Assembly (NCBI RefSeq): GCF_001194135.2
Contig: NC_068992.1
Location: 52,795,477 to 52,859,476 of the forward strand
From: Octopus bimaculoides
Taxonomy: Eukaryota
DNA length: 64,000 nucleotides
Direction: 5' to 3'
Both the position numbers and the translations under genes were made by a program. Under the pieces are notes generated by a model, which worked only from the letters and a program-made list of their open reading frames with translations, searched no databases and was not told the origin of the DNA. Shown one piece after another: positions 1 through 11,945 of the stretch (its first letter is position 1; each line of letters starts with the position of its first letter).

Positions 1-959
1 ATATATACATATATAGAGAGAGTTATATAGATAGATATACACACACATATATACATATACACCTACACCCACTTATACATATCGGTTGGAATATTAACGT
101 AAAAATCTGTTACAATAACTGTCTTTGTTTTTGCCATATGACGTTGTGCTTTTGATTGCTAAATGCACAAAAGTAACTTGGATTACCACCCCAGGCTTAA
201 ACTGCTTTCATCCGTCTTGGAACTTCATTAGCTGTATAGATACTGGATAATAAAAATCAATACTGCAGGTACATATTTCTTCATTTCTATATATCGATGA
301 GTTTATTTTTCAGCGAAATAGAATAGTGATAAACACAAATTATACAAATGTTTATAGAAATGACGGAATCGAGAAGCCGTGCTGGCGAGCTATACAAGAG
401 AATGGTAACTAATGAGTAATTATATGTTCTTGAGATGTTTTCCTAACAAAAATTTCTTTCGGTGGATGGACACTTAAATATCTCAACGCTTCATTACATT
501 TGGGTTTTTATTTATTTCTTTTGTCGTCAACTTAGTTTGAATAGTTCTGCAAATTGGAACATGCGTTCATTTTTTAGGTTTTTTTTTTTTCCTTTTTACA
601 TGAAATTGTTTTCTATCAACACTAATTCAGCTGAAATATGGGACGAATGCCTATCAATTAATTTAGCTTAATACTGAGACCAGTGAAGTAATTGTCTGAA
701 AAATGCTCATAAAATATCTGATTTTCCATTGCCCAAACGTCAAGGTGAATGTCGCAACAATTTTCATCCAAGAGTAACACAAATAGGTTACATTTTGCAT
801 TCTATATTTAGGTTCTATTCTTGAATAGATGTAGTTTTCTAGGCAGATTTTCTAAATTTAATAATAAAGCAAGAAATAATATATTTAATGAAATCATTAC
901 AGCTGTTAGTGTATTGGGAAATCTCAATCATCAGGAAAAAGTAATTAAAATTTATTGAA

Positions 960-1312
960 ATGACAGATCTATCGGACTTTCAAAGAGGTCAATTTGTTGG
1001 TGCTCATATAGCAGGTGCTAGCGTAACGAAAACATCCGAAATGTTTGGTGTATCAAGAAGTACTGTCTCGAAAGTAATGACAGCCTTTGAGAAAGAGGGA
1101 GAAACCTCCTCGTCGAAACAATACTCCGGAAGAAAACCAAAACTTTCATATAGGGACCATCGGATTCTTACGCGACCTGTTAGAAAGGATCACAAAAGTA
1201 CAGCTCCCAAAATTACTGCAGAGCTTAATGACCACCTCGAGAACCCAGTTTCCACATAAACTGTCAGCCAGGAGCTGCCGGATTTCACGGTAGAGCTGCA
1301 ATCAGAAAACTT
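960..1312 (+). mobile_element. Tc1-family transposase N-terminal (paired HTH) fragment, pseudogenised
   Basis: ORF 960-1259 (MTDLSDFQRGQFVG...GVSRSTVSKVM...SGRKPKLS.RD.R.L.R.VRK) resembles a Tc1 DNA-binding domain. After a TAA and a frameshift it continues as GFHGRAAIRK (about 1281-1310), the RAAxRKP motif of Tc1. No catalytic domain follows. Confidence 0.9.
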
Positions 1313-1375
1313 AGTTGTTCTGAATCTATGGTACAAATTTAACAATTTTTTTAACAGGGAAAATCTACCATCCCA

Positions 1376-1690
1376 GTATAAATCAACAACTGTGAATCAA
1401 TATGAATAGTTGTTTTCTTCCCTGGTTGTCTAATATGCTACCTATTCTCCCAAGAACTTTGCTCCAGTAGTCGTTGGCAACATTGACTCTGCAGTGGACA
1501 CCTTATGGTCGTTGCACAATCTATACATCGACGGGATGCTGTTGTTGATGGCCTGGAAGTTGTTGGCCGTGCGCTTCTTTGTGCCTACGATGTTTCACCA
1601 CACCATAATATGTGCATTGAGGATCTTCTCTCTCTCCTCATACTCCCGTATCATTGTTTCCCTCATATTAGTGATGTGGGATTGTAAAAT
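1376..1690 (-). mobile_element. Probable Penelope-like element RT N-terminal fragment, decayed
   Basis: The minus frame reads ...EKILNAHIMVW*NIVGTKKRTANNFQAINNSIPSMYRLCNDHK..., resembling the PxxYGLxKxHK motif that precedes PLE RT domains. It contains stops and frameshifts. Confidence 0.5.
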
Positions 1691-3162
1691 AACAGCAATA
1701 CACGAGTGAAGAAAAATATATATAGTGCGTTTGTTTATTTGTAAAAACAAAAAAATAAAATGACCATCCCGAAATACAACAATATATGTGTGTGTGTATT
1801 GATATATAGATAGTTAGACCAACAGATAGATATGAATTTATATATATATATAATCCATAAAGATAAATATATAAACCTATCTATATTGATCATATAGCAC
1901 TTCGTCTACAATGGTGGTTCTGCCGTATGGCTGAGTCATTAAAGGCGTCCTGTAGATTTGTGGTCGATAAATACATTACCAGTCTTGTATCGACATTGGT
2001 TCTCTCCTTTTAGTCCCTTTATTTTCTTCATCCTATCCTATTTTCTCTCTTCTTAAAGCAATTGGATGAAGGCTTGTGCTTGAATATGTTCACCATACCC
2101 CGTATATCACGATGTCACACCTACGATTCAGTCAATATGGTGAGAGGTCAGACGAAGACAACGTAATTATTCTATCTAACATATTCAAGTATCACACATA
2201 AATTCAACGTTTATAAGACCGAATACCAATGATATTAATATTTATAGATTATGAATATGCAGTTAAGAATTAAATATAATGCGACAAGAGATTTGCAATC
2301 AGATATCGAGTCTATAAATAAATAGGAATTATAAATTAACTTTGATCGTAGATTAGTGGTTGTAAATGTCTTGAAATATTCATATTTAAAACTTAATCGC
2401 TAATATATTTGTTAATTTATACCTTTTGAGCAAAATGCACACCTCATCGAAACTTATCGCAATATCTTCATTCAGTATAGTTTTAAATTATACTACTTAC
2501 TATATTTTCATCAGTTTCTGTTATCCTGTCTCCATAACTAAAGTTTATGGCTTTCTCGCTGACAAACATTTACTTAGTCACTATATCAGAAATGTTCACA
2601 TACGAATAAATATCTCTGTATATATAGAAATACTTGACTATTGCTTATGGAGTCGATAAAATAAATTCCAGTCAAGCTGTTTTGCTACATTCCAGCCTTG
2701 TGCAGATAGTGAAAAGGATTGTTGCTAGTCAGTTCCTTTTGCATTCCCTTTGTCACGTAAAGTTGTCACCCTTGAATCAAACCCCTTGATCGGAAAGCTC
2801 ATTGTGCCGAGATTACATAACTCGGCTGCGGTTGTGAAGTGAAATATTATAACTGATTTTATTCATTGCCTTCTGACAACTGAATCTCAAAACAGTATTT
2901 GTCTTTTATATTCCAATCTAAAAATATATAGTACTTTACAATTAACAAAGAAAATATGTTAAGTGCAAGTATGTTATTGTTGCCATATAGGACGAATTTT
3001 TAATATCCGAGAGATATGTAATAAAATAGTTTTATATTACATTCATTTTTATAGCTTTATCACGCAGAAGTTTATTTATTATAAATATTTGCGACAGGTA
3101 TAAAATCCTAAATTCTTATCGTATGACCTCTACGAATCTCCCAAATATTTTAATTGACTTAC

Positions 3163-3326
3163 CCAAGTAACTCGTAATTTACAGTCTTTCATCTTTTTCT
3201 TCCAAGGATATTGCAATGTTACAGGTATATTGCTTGATAGTATTGAGTTGTAATCATACAATTTTATTTTATTGTACTTTTGAGTTATAGGGTACTGTAT
3301 TGAAAATAAGGAGTTCATCAATTGTT
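3163..3326 (-). CDS. Candidate internal exon of an unidentified gene (EQLMNSLFSIQYP...LQYPWKKKMKDCKLRVTW)
   Basis: Pyrimidine-rich acceptor CCTATTCCCAACCTCTACAG, open 164-nt frame (phase 1 to 0) and consensus donor TGG|GTAAGT. No recognisable family, and it could be chance. Confidence 0.3.
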
Positions 3327-5211
3327 CTGTAGAGGTTGGGAATAGGTGGCTTCTACTGAACAACGATATTTTGTTTGTGTAAATGTTCGATGGCTATTGA
3401 ATAATATTGTAGAAAACAGTTTACACATTATGGCCCCGTAGATATGTGATGGGTCAGGCATTAGTCTAGTTTCAGTTGCTCATTAAGGAGATATCTAGAT
3501 ACTTGATCCGAAATGTTCAAAAGACTGTTAAAAGTTTGATGTTATAGAACAGAAGAGAATATCCAAGTACAAACATAAAAAAAATTATGAGTGCTGTTAA
3601 TGCCACGACTTTCCTAGTTCTGATGCTGCCGAAAGCAACTTTCAAGACAGTATCATATCAGATATATCCATGATCTTGGAAGATTTTTTTCAAGTACTGT
3701 TATGGCTTCATATATTACTTACTAAGTATTACCATTGTTATACTAAAATGTGTTTCTAGAAACATGTTCCCGTCTAATATTTTTAACTTGGTAACTTGTA
3801 TGTTTCTATGATATCGTTTAGCTCATATTTATCACTCGCTATTAATTTATTTGGTGTAATGTTGAATCACTCATTGTAGATTACGTTTAGCGTTCTTTAA
3901 TCGCTGGGGGAATATAAAAATAACTTTTTCTCAACAAACTCTATGTTAATCATAGGAGTTACTTTACCTTGATCAGTGTAAGTTCGTAAGCTATTGATAA
4001 TAAATAGAATTCTTCTCACGTACTGTCAGTTTTCGACTAAATCCCGAAGGGATTTCGTTAAATTTTTATATCAGCTGTTGTTAGATTTTTACGACATACT
4101 TAGTATCTATAACTTTCATCTATAAATTACAGTAGTGCTAAAATTGTCACTATTAACATTGCTATTGTCATAACCTCAGTAATATTAGTATTACAATCAT
4201 TAGAAATGTTATCTATATTTCTATTAATATCAATACAATATTTCTCCTTGCATGCAGCAGTACTAAATACAGTGTAACACTCACCCTTTTCAAACTGGAC
4301 TTCTAACATGTTTTGCACATGTGAGGAATGGATGGGTCTGTTTCCAATATCGATAAATTGATCATCACCATAGATAGGATGCAGTTATAAAAACAGACTT
4401 GATATAGAAGCGGACGACGTTTAAGTTCATTCATTTGTCATTCGAGCATTCCTTTATTCTGGCTTGATATTGATGTTGCAATGTTTTCTTTTGTAACGAC
4501 AGATATTAAAAAGACAATCTACTTCCTGTTGTTATATGTATTGTTAATGTTCTCCGCAAGAATACATCAAATAAAATTTATAAAATGTACGTTGGTAGTG
4601 AAATCAATGTTATCAATATTGTTACCAATAATGCTAGTATTATTAATGTTAACCAATGAAAATAACAATAAAAAGATAATAACAAGGATACTATGAGCGC
4701 TAAAATCATGACAAACTCTCGTTCTATATATCATGGTTGCAAAATAAACCTAGCTTAAGTCATTGTAAGAAATCATCGATATTCCATAGATAGTATATGT
4801 ATAATCGTGAAATAATGAAGTCACAGGACAAGTGATTGTATCTACTGTGGATAGAAAACTGTATTTTAGAAAAAAACATTTCTGAAATACTAAGGAACAG
4901 TAAGGGATGTGAAAAGCAATTTATAAAGTGAAAACCATCTTCATGGTGTATCCGTAGCCTTTCATATATTTAAGTTAAACGATTTCTAATACGCTTGCTT
5001 ACTCATGGAAATACAAACCGTAGGATTAAATAAACAATTTATCTTTACAGAAGATTAATGTCACCAACATAGCCTATCACATCGGAAGGGTATATTACGG
5101 TATAGAACAGATATTTTGTGCATTGAAGCACATAATAAAAATCAAATGACTGTATATACCACCTTCTGAGAAAAATTAACGAAATACATTCTTCTGAGAA
5201 AAGAGAGATAA

Positions 5212-5461
5212 ACAAAATTACAAGCGTTAAAATGCTTAACAACACAATGCGCCTTAAATAATGGATTAAAATGGTTTATCTTCAACTTTGAATACCACCT
5301 GAAACACGCGAGGTTTCAGGAACAACAGGCAGAAGATATGTTACCGACTATCATGAAAAAAGAGAAAGAAAATGAGAAAGAAAGATTCAGAAAAATGTTT
5401 TTTTCAAAAGGCTATTATCAACAAAAACTATACCGATTTAGAAGACAGTATGGCGAAATTG
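5212..5461 (+). CDS. Candidate exon or decayed coding fragment (…FEYHLKHARFQEQQAEDMLPTIMKKEKENEKERFRKMFFSKGYYQQKLYRFRRQYGEI)
   Basis: 83 open codons in AT-rich DNA ending at G|GTAATT, with protein-like composition. The acceptor is weak and neighbouring frames are disrupted. Confidence 0.25.
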
Positions 5462-5713
5462 GTAATTGTTAGCTTTCTCCCCCAAAGCTTTACAGAATCC
5501 GTTTTGAGATTTGCAGAGAATGAATTCGAAGGAAGACGCTTTACGATATTGAAACCCATCAAAAATTTTTGATTAAAGTTAATAATTTGACATTCTAAAA
5601 CGCTAAGAACCATGCATATTCTGTAACCTATTAAACATGTTACACGAACTACGCTTATGTCGTCATACTTTAGGACAAAAATAACTGCCAGCAAAAGACG
5701 AATGGATAAGTAA

Positions 5714-6412
5714 CACTGGTCAACAAAAGGAAACTTTTTTTAATCATCAGAGTTGCTGACTGACTTTTCTGGGTTGCTTTTTGATGCTGATTACGAATCT
5801 GAAGTCCGATTTCCTCTATCTGGTCACATTTTCATGCTATTGATATCTGCTGTTTTAACTTATGGGATACGTAAAGCATGTCTATATAAAGTATATTGAA
5901 TAAAAGATACCATAATTTCATGGCATTTTATTGTAAAAATTAAAATTATTGTGTAGAAATAAGTTAGAATACACTCGAATGCATAACAACTTAAAATCTT
6001 TAGGATTTGGACTTGCTATGGTGTTTATGTCTCAGGTTCATCCCTGTATAACATCCAACAGTAGCCAGCTAACATTCCTGCATTCCAAAATCCTCGATGT
6101 TATTGTTCCATCGGTGCAATATCTTGATGAAAGCGTTCCCCTTGCTCATCAGACACTGCTCCAAGGTTCTCGGCAAAAAAAGTCAGATGTGAATCAAGAA
6201 AATGGACTTTTAGTGACATCTGACAGTCCTATTGCAGCGTAGGAGTCTAGAAGACATTTCACTCCATTTCTAAACTCTAGAGATCACTTGTTGCCTAGGA
6301 AATTTTCACAGACCCATTTGAAGGATTCCCAGGCTTTAAGCTCAATCTCATCCAGTACTGTGAGGAAGTGGTTATCCTTCAGGAGTTCTTTTATCTGCAG
6401 CAATTGAACTGT
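5714..6412 (-). mobile_element. Chapaev-like (CMC superfamily) DNA transposon, 3' end with transposase C-terminus
   Basis: Minus 6026-6410 translates (one frameshift, two stops) to ELKAWESFKWVCENFLGNK...MSLKVHFLDSH...ENLGAVSDEQGERFHQDI...FWNAGMLAGYCWML, with the H(3-4)H motif and SDEQGERFHQ. The terminus CACTGGTCAACAAAAG is at 5714. Confidence 0.8.
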
Positions 6413-7348
6413 ATGGTTGATGTAATCGACTCATCCCCTCCCCAAAATTGCTGCTCTTGTGGTAAACCATTATAATGGCCTGAGAACATTGTAATGGACC
6501 TTAGACTTTGATGCAGTTTTCCTTGTCTAACTGTTTTGCGTGGGTAAAAAAATATTGCCAAAATCTATAAAGCTTATTTTTGGATCATCGTCAATTTCTG
6601 ATTATGAACCACAGGGTAGTAAAGGTGAAACACTTTTCACTGAGAGAGTTTAAGTCATTTTGTGTGGGCTACAGAACTGATGACTAAAACACAGCGTGTC
6701 TCGCGTCTTGTTTGGAAAACAAGTGCATGAATATATAACTGAATTACAATAGAAAACAAAACTTTGATTCAGCAATTTTCTTATAAAAGGAATGGTTTAC
6801 TCTACCAGTAACAAGACATTAATAGACCTATTGCATGTTTATTTGAAAGGCAGGTATTATAAAGATGGGAATTCCTAGAGGAAAATATCAATGCCAAGTT
6901 TAAAAGCTGCTTTATGGCGTAATGGAAATATAAACATCTATCCACATAACTTATTCAGTGCATTTAAAAGAATCTTATGTTAACTTAGAGATCCATTTTA
7001 ACGAAATTTGATACAACAATCACCAATGGGATGGTTGTAAAAAAAAACATTAAACAAAGTTTCGCGAAATACTGCTGCTTTCAATATAGTTAGATAGTCA
7101 GGCTATTACAGGCATTATAGCAGTAGAGAATGGTCAAGTAGATCGTAATATATTCCTGGAAAAAGCAACATTCAGTCAATTCTTTTAGCGAACTGCAGAA
7201 AGTAATTCGCTTCCTCACATTAAATATGGTTTGAAAATGTATTTCCTAAGGCGAATGGCTAATAGAATTGTAGATTACAATTTCTCACAGGAATGTGTTA
7301 AAAGTAAAGTGATGAAAAAATTGTTTCTTTTCTTATATGACCCACAAA

Positions 7349-7518
7349 TAGGCACGGGTGCGACCGTGTGCTAAGAAGCTCACTTCCCAACCACATGGTA
7401 CTGGGTTCAGGTCCTACTGTGTGGCAACTTCGGATGGTGTCTTCCACCATAGTTTCGGGCAGACTAAAACCTTGAGAGTGGATTTGGTAGACGGAAAATG
7501 AAATGAATCTCGTCATAT
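7349..7518 (+). mobile_element. SINE family A (octopus-type, tRNA head, internal microsatellite), 5' half
   Basis: Homologous to the intact copies at 53345 and 61456 (head ...AACCACATGGT..GGGTTCAG..., GAGTGGATTTGGTAGACGGAAA). It is interrupted at its TA tract by a mariner. Confidence 0.85.
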
Positions 7519-7520
7519 AT

Positions 7521-8305
7521 CGAGGACTGATCAATAAATATCCGGACTATTGCCATATTAATGAAGCTAATATATGCAGAGAAACGCCGCTTGGCAAAGA
7601 TTCACCTTGAACTCTGTTGTGCATTCGCACTGAGTTTTAACGCTCTAGCTCACTTATACTATTTACAGGAATATTTGAAAAAATGCGTGTGATCTTCGCA
7701 TTGCCCATGGTAGAGAAAGTTGTCATGTCAATACCTGCTCAGAGGCTTACGTAGAGTTGCAGAATATGCATGGAGAGGAGTTTATGAGTCGCACATATGT
7801 GTACGAGTGGTTCAGACTTTTCCAAGATGGCCGAAAAAATGTCGATATTGACGAACGTTTTGGGAGACCTGGAAGTTAGTTACGGTCCATTTCGGTCCAT
7901 TATCACTGAAGATTTGTGTTTGAGACGTGTGTCTGCGAAGTGTGTGCCAAAACCACTTTAAGCTGACCAAAAAGTCTCTCGGGTTTCAATTGCACAAGAT
8001 TTCCGCGATAACGATGAAATCTTTATGACAACTTTTTGTAACCCTCTGAGCAGATATCGCCAAGCTTTTGGCAAAAATTGATGTAGAGTCTCTGCTCAAG
8101 TTTCTCTGACATGGTCACTGCGAAGGTCACATGCAACACACATTCATTCGAAGCACTGCTGTAAATAGCGGAAGTGAACTAGAACGTAAAATCTTAGTGC
8201 GCATGTACAGCAGAGTAAAGGTCAATCTGTACCAAGCCGCTTTACTCCGCGTACTTTAGATTCATTTCTATGGCAACTGTCCTGGTACTTATTGATCAGC
8301 TCTAG
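7521..8305. mobile_element. Fold-back mariner derivative made of two 5' ends in inverted orientation
   Basis: Left end CGAGGACTGATCAATAAATATCCGGAC matches the reverse complement of the right end (CTAGAGCTGATCAATAAGTACCAGGAC). Homology runs about 250 bp inward. The right arm encodes MSEKLEQRLYINFCQKLG (minus). The plus strand encodes EAYVELQNMHGEEFMSRTYVYEWFRLFQDGRKNVDIDERFGRP...LRRVSAKCVPK. Confidence 0.85.
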
Positions 8306-8361
8306 TATATGTAGGATATATGTGTGCGTATGTGTGTGTATGTGTGTGTGTGCGTATGTGT

Positions 8362-8397
<36 letters not shown>

Positions 8398-8628
8398 GTG
8401 TGTGTGTGCATCTGTGTTTGTCTCCGCACTATCGCCTGACAATCGATGCTGCGTGTATAAGTACCCGCAATCTAGCGGTTGAGCAAATGAGATGATAGAA
8501 TAAGTACTAGGTTTACAAAGAATATGTCCTGGGGTCGATTTCTTCAACTTAAACCATGTAAGGTGGTACTACAGCATGGCCGGAGTCAAATGGCAAAATC
8601 AAGTAAAAGAATAGAAGAATGAAAGAAA
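8306..8628 (+). mobile_element. SINE family A, 3' half (continuation of 7349-7518)
   Basis: (TG)n tract, then GATAGAATAAGTACTAGG...GTCCTGGGGTCGATT...CAGCATGGCC..AGTCAAATG and an AAGTAAAAGA tail, as in 53345-53764. Confidence 0.85.
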
Positions 8629-9145
8629 ATCTGGCTGGTATTAAAAGGAAAATTACAGATGATTTTGTCTCACACCGCCCGAGTTAAAAGCTTGGCTTGC
8701 CTTCAAACTGATCCAACAGAATTTGCTGTAGTCGTAAACGCATGAAGTAGATCAAACGTATGAAGTCAGACCGAGGACAATTGATTGATAATTTACATAG
8801 GAAATTCTCCCATTTTTGCACGATTAATTTGCATTTAGTTTTTGCGATTTGTCTGTTTGTATGTGTGTTGCTATTATAGATTTGCTAAGCTATACGCAAA
8901 CAAACTAGTGGAGACGAGAATACGTTTATCAAAGGTTTATTACTTTACGTACATCAGGGCTTAAATCGCCAGTTATTTCTGTTTAGTACATTCAAATTCA
9001 TTTGACACTGACTGCTGACATTATTTTGTTTTGCTTCTCCTTCCGGAAGTTCCTTTTTCTGCTGCTGGTCAACTTCTTATCTAGCCCACTGCAAAGTTTC
9101 TGTCTATAGTTCGTCTGTCACGAATGTTGTTCTACACTATGCTAT

Positions 9146-9368
9146 TTTACCCTTTAACTCTTTTACTTGTTTCGGTTATTTGACTGCGGCCATGCTGGTG
9201 CACTGCCTTTAGTCGAGCAAATCGACTCCAGGACTTATTCTTTGTAAGCCTAACACTTACTCTATCGGTCTCTTTTTCCGAACCGCTAGGTTATGGGGAC
9301 GTAAATACACCGGCATCGGTTGTTAAGCGATGTTGGGGGGACACACACAGACACACAAACACACACAC

Positions 9369-9419
<51 letters not shown>

Positions 9420-9572
9420 TACGACGGTTTTCTTTCAGTTTCCATCTACCAAATCCACTCACAAGGTTTTGGTCGGCCCGAGGCTATAGTAGAAGACACT
9501 TGCCCAAAGTGCCACGCACGAAACCATGTGGTTGATAAGCATGCTACTTACCGCATAGCCGCTCCTGTTCAT
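9146..9572 (-). mobile_element. SINE family A, near full length
   Basis: Reverse complement of the 53345 copy, including the internal (TA)n at about 9370-9420 and a TTTTAC tail. Confidence 0.9.
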
Positions 9573-9849
9573 GTGTTGTAGTCATTGTGTGCAAGATTTT
9601 TGTACTGATGGCAGTTGTTAATTAATTCTCTGCTGTATGCATGTATGCGCATACTTATGATAAATTAAATTATAATATTGCTTTGCTAGATTTACAAGTG
9701 GGTTTTGTTCAAATTGTTTGGATTGTACAGTGGAGTGTTGTACATCCTTTTCCTTTTCCTACTGGTATTTCCCTCCAAGGAAGTCCCTTCCTTTCATGTT
9801 TCCCAGTTATATGCTTGTGCAGATTTGTTTGGGTTTTCCATCTTCGGGG

Positions 9850-10080
9850 AAAAATATGGCTTTTCGACCGTTTCTACGTTCTGAGTACGAATTCCACCGA
9901 GGTCAACTTTGGCTTTCGTCCTTTAGGGGTCGATGAAATAAGTACCAGCTGGGCAATGGAGTCGATACAATCGACTTACATCCTCCCTCGAAATTGAACA
10001 CTTGAACAGTGGAACCGATATAATCGACTTACATCCACACACAGAAAATGCTCACGTTCTGCCAGAATTTGAAACCATTA
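9850..10080 (+). mobile_element. SINE family C (GGGGTCGAT...AGTACCAG type) with internal duplication
   Basis: TACGTTCTGAGT...GAGGTCAACTTT...GGGGTCGATGAAATAAGTACCAG. AATCGACTTACATCC occurs twice (about 9969 and 10022). Confidence 0.8.
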
Positions 10081-10214
10081 TCGTTGTTGATGTGGTTGTG
10101 GTATTGTTGTTGTTGTCATGGTATTTGTTGACGTTGACAATGGCTTTTCTTGTAATAATCTTGTAAATAATCTTCGGCTGCTAGGCGCAGGGCTATGCTT
10201 TTCCTTTACAAAGT

Positions 10215-10247
<33 letters not shown>

Positions 10248-10257
10248 NNNNNNNNNN

Positions 10258-10290
<33 letters not shown>

Positions 10291-10585
10291 GCACGCACAC
10301 GTACATACATACAACATATACATACATACATACATACATACATACGCATCTGCAGATGCTATAAGATGCCAAAATACGCCGATGGAATCTATTGTTAGTC
10401 TTGACACAGAGTAGGCCAAATAAAAGAATGCTTACAGATTGAATATAGCTTATGCCTGTCTGTTTCTCACTGAATTTCTCCCTATACATAGGTGTATACA
10501 CACGCACACACACGCACACTCACTCACACACACATGCACATATATATGTATATATATAAAATGCGTACATATGTGTATATACGCA

Positions 10586-10616
<31 letters not shown>

Positions 10617-10778
10617 NNNNNNNNNNNNNNNNNNNNNNNNNNNNNNNNNNNNNNNNNNNNNNNNNNNNNNNNNNNNNNNNNNNNNNNNNNNNNNNNNNNN
10701 NNNNNNNNNNNNNNNNNNNNNNNNNNNNNNNNNNNNNNNNNNNNNNNNNNNNNNNNNNNNNNNNNNNNNNNNNNNNNN

Positions 10779-10831
<53 letters not shown>

Positions 10832-11872
10832 CACTATTTAAATATGGATAAATGTAACACATGAAAGTAAACATGTACAATAACAGAATGCGGTGTGTTT
10901 TTCTAATTCCCAGCTGTGGCGTTTAGCGGAAACATTCCCTAGATAATATAGATAATCTACCAATTCCACAGACCATCAAGCTTATTGAAAGTTTTTCAAG
11001 AGACTTCTTAAGAAATTTTCAAAGAAGCATTCATTAAGTTATAGTGCAAATAGAGAAGTAAAAAGAGAAAAAAACAATATGTAAATGTTTGGCTGAAATG
11101 AGATTGAATGAGAACATCCTGGATGAAATATACATAGAGTGAGTATTGAATATGGGATTCAATATACATATGTTTAAAGGATTGAAAGTATAGAACAAGA
11201 ATCATATTTAGAGAAAGAAAAAAGTAAGTAACAATATAAGAACACTGAAACAAGGAAAGGTGATATGTTGCAAAGAGAAGTATGTTATTATAGGGAATAA
11301 TAGAAAGTTGAGAAGTAAACAATAAAGATTTCTTTTTGTTTATAATTTACTTTTCGTTTTTGTGAATGAAATGATAAAGAATTATAAGATAATGGGAGTG
11401 ATTAAAAAACGAAATAATAGTATCTATTGATAGAAACAACGGATGCGAAAATGAAGACGTGGTAATTCATGAAGTAGCAATAAAATGAATGCCATTAAGT
11501 TGGAGATAAATGGTTGGATTATTGTTTCTTATATATACTTAATTTTGATTCTGCCAATTCAGAAAAATTAACCCAAGACGGCTCAATGCACTGCCCTGTA
11601 TAAAAGCTGTTTTAACCTGAAAAATGTTAACCCTTTCTCCAGCTGCATGATATGAACTTCTGCTGCCTCTTCGTATGCGTTGAGCAGCAGCTGTTGAAGA
11701 TAAATCTTAGTCTCGCCGGTTAGGAAATATGTGAAAAATTCTAAGTAAAATTGAACTTTTATTGCGGAAAATATAGACTCATTCATATAAGTGTTATATA
11801 TATATAAATTTTGGTGATGATTTTTGAGTTAGCTTACCAATTATATTTGTTGGTAGTTAATTTATAATATAT

Positions 11873-11874
<2 letters not shown>

Positions 11875-11942
<68 letters not shown>
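11875..11942. repeat. Perfect (TA)n microsatellite abutting a PLE-type repeat
   Basis: Direct reading. Confidence 0.95.

Positions 11943-11945
<3 letters not shown>

Noticed and set aside
4030-4056. Hairpin AAATCCC-GAA-GGGATTT (Helitron-like 3' hairpin?)
   Set aside because: No CTRR terminus at the expected distance and no other Helitron features.
11583-11790. GC-rich segment with plausible exons on either strand
   Set aside because: Several frames are open and the splice sites conflict, so no reading could be preferred.
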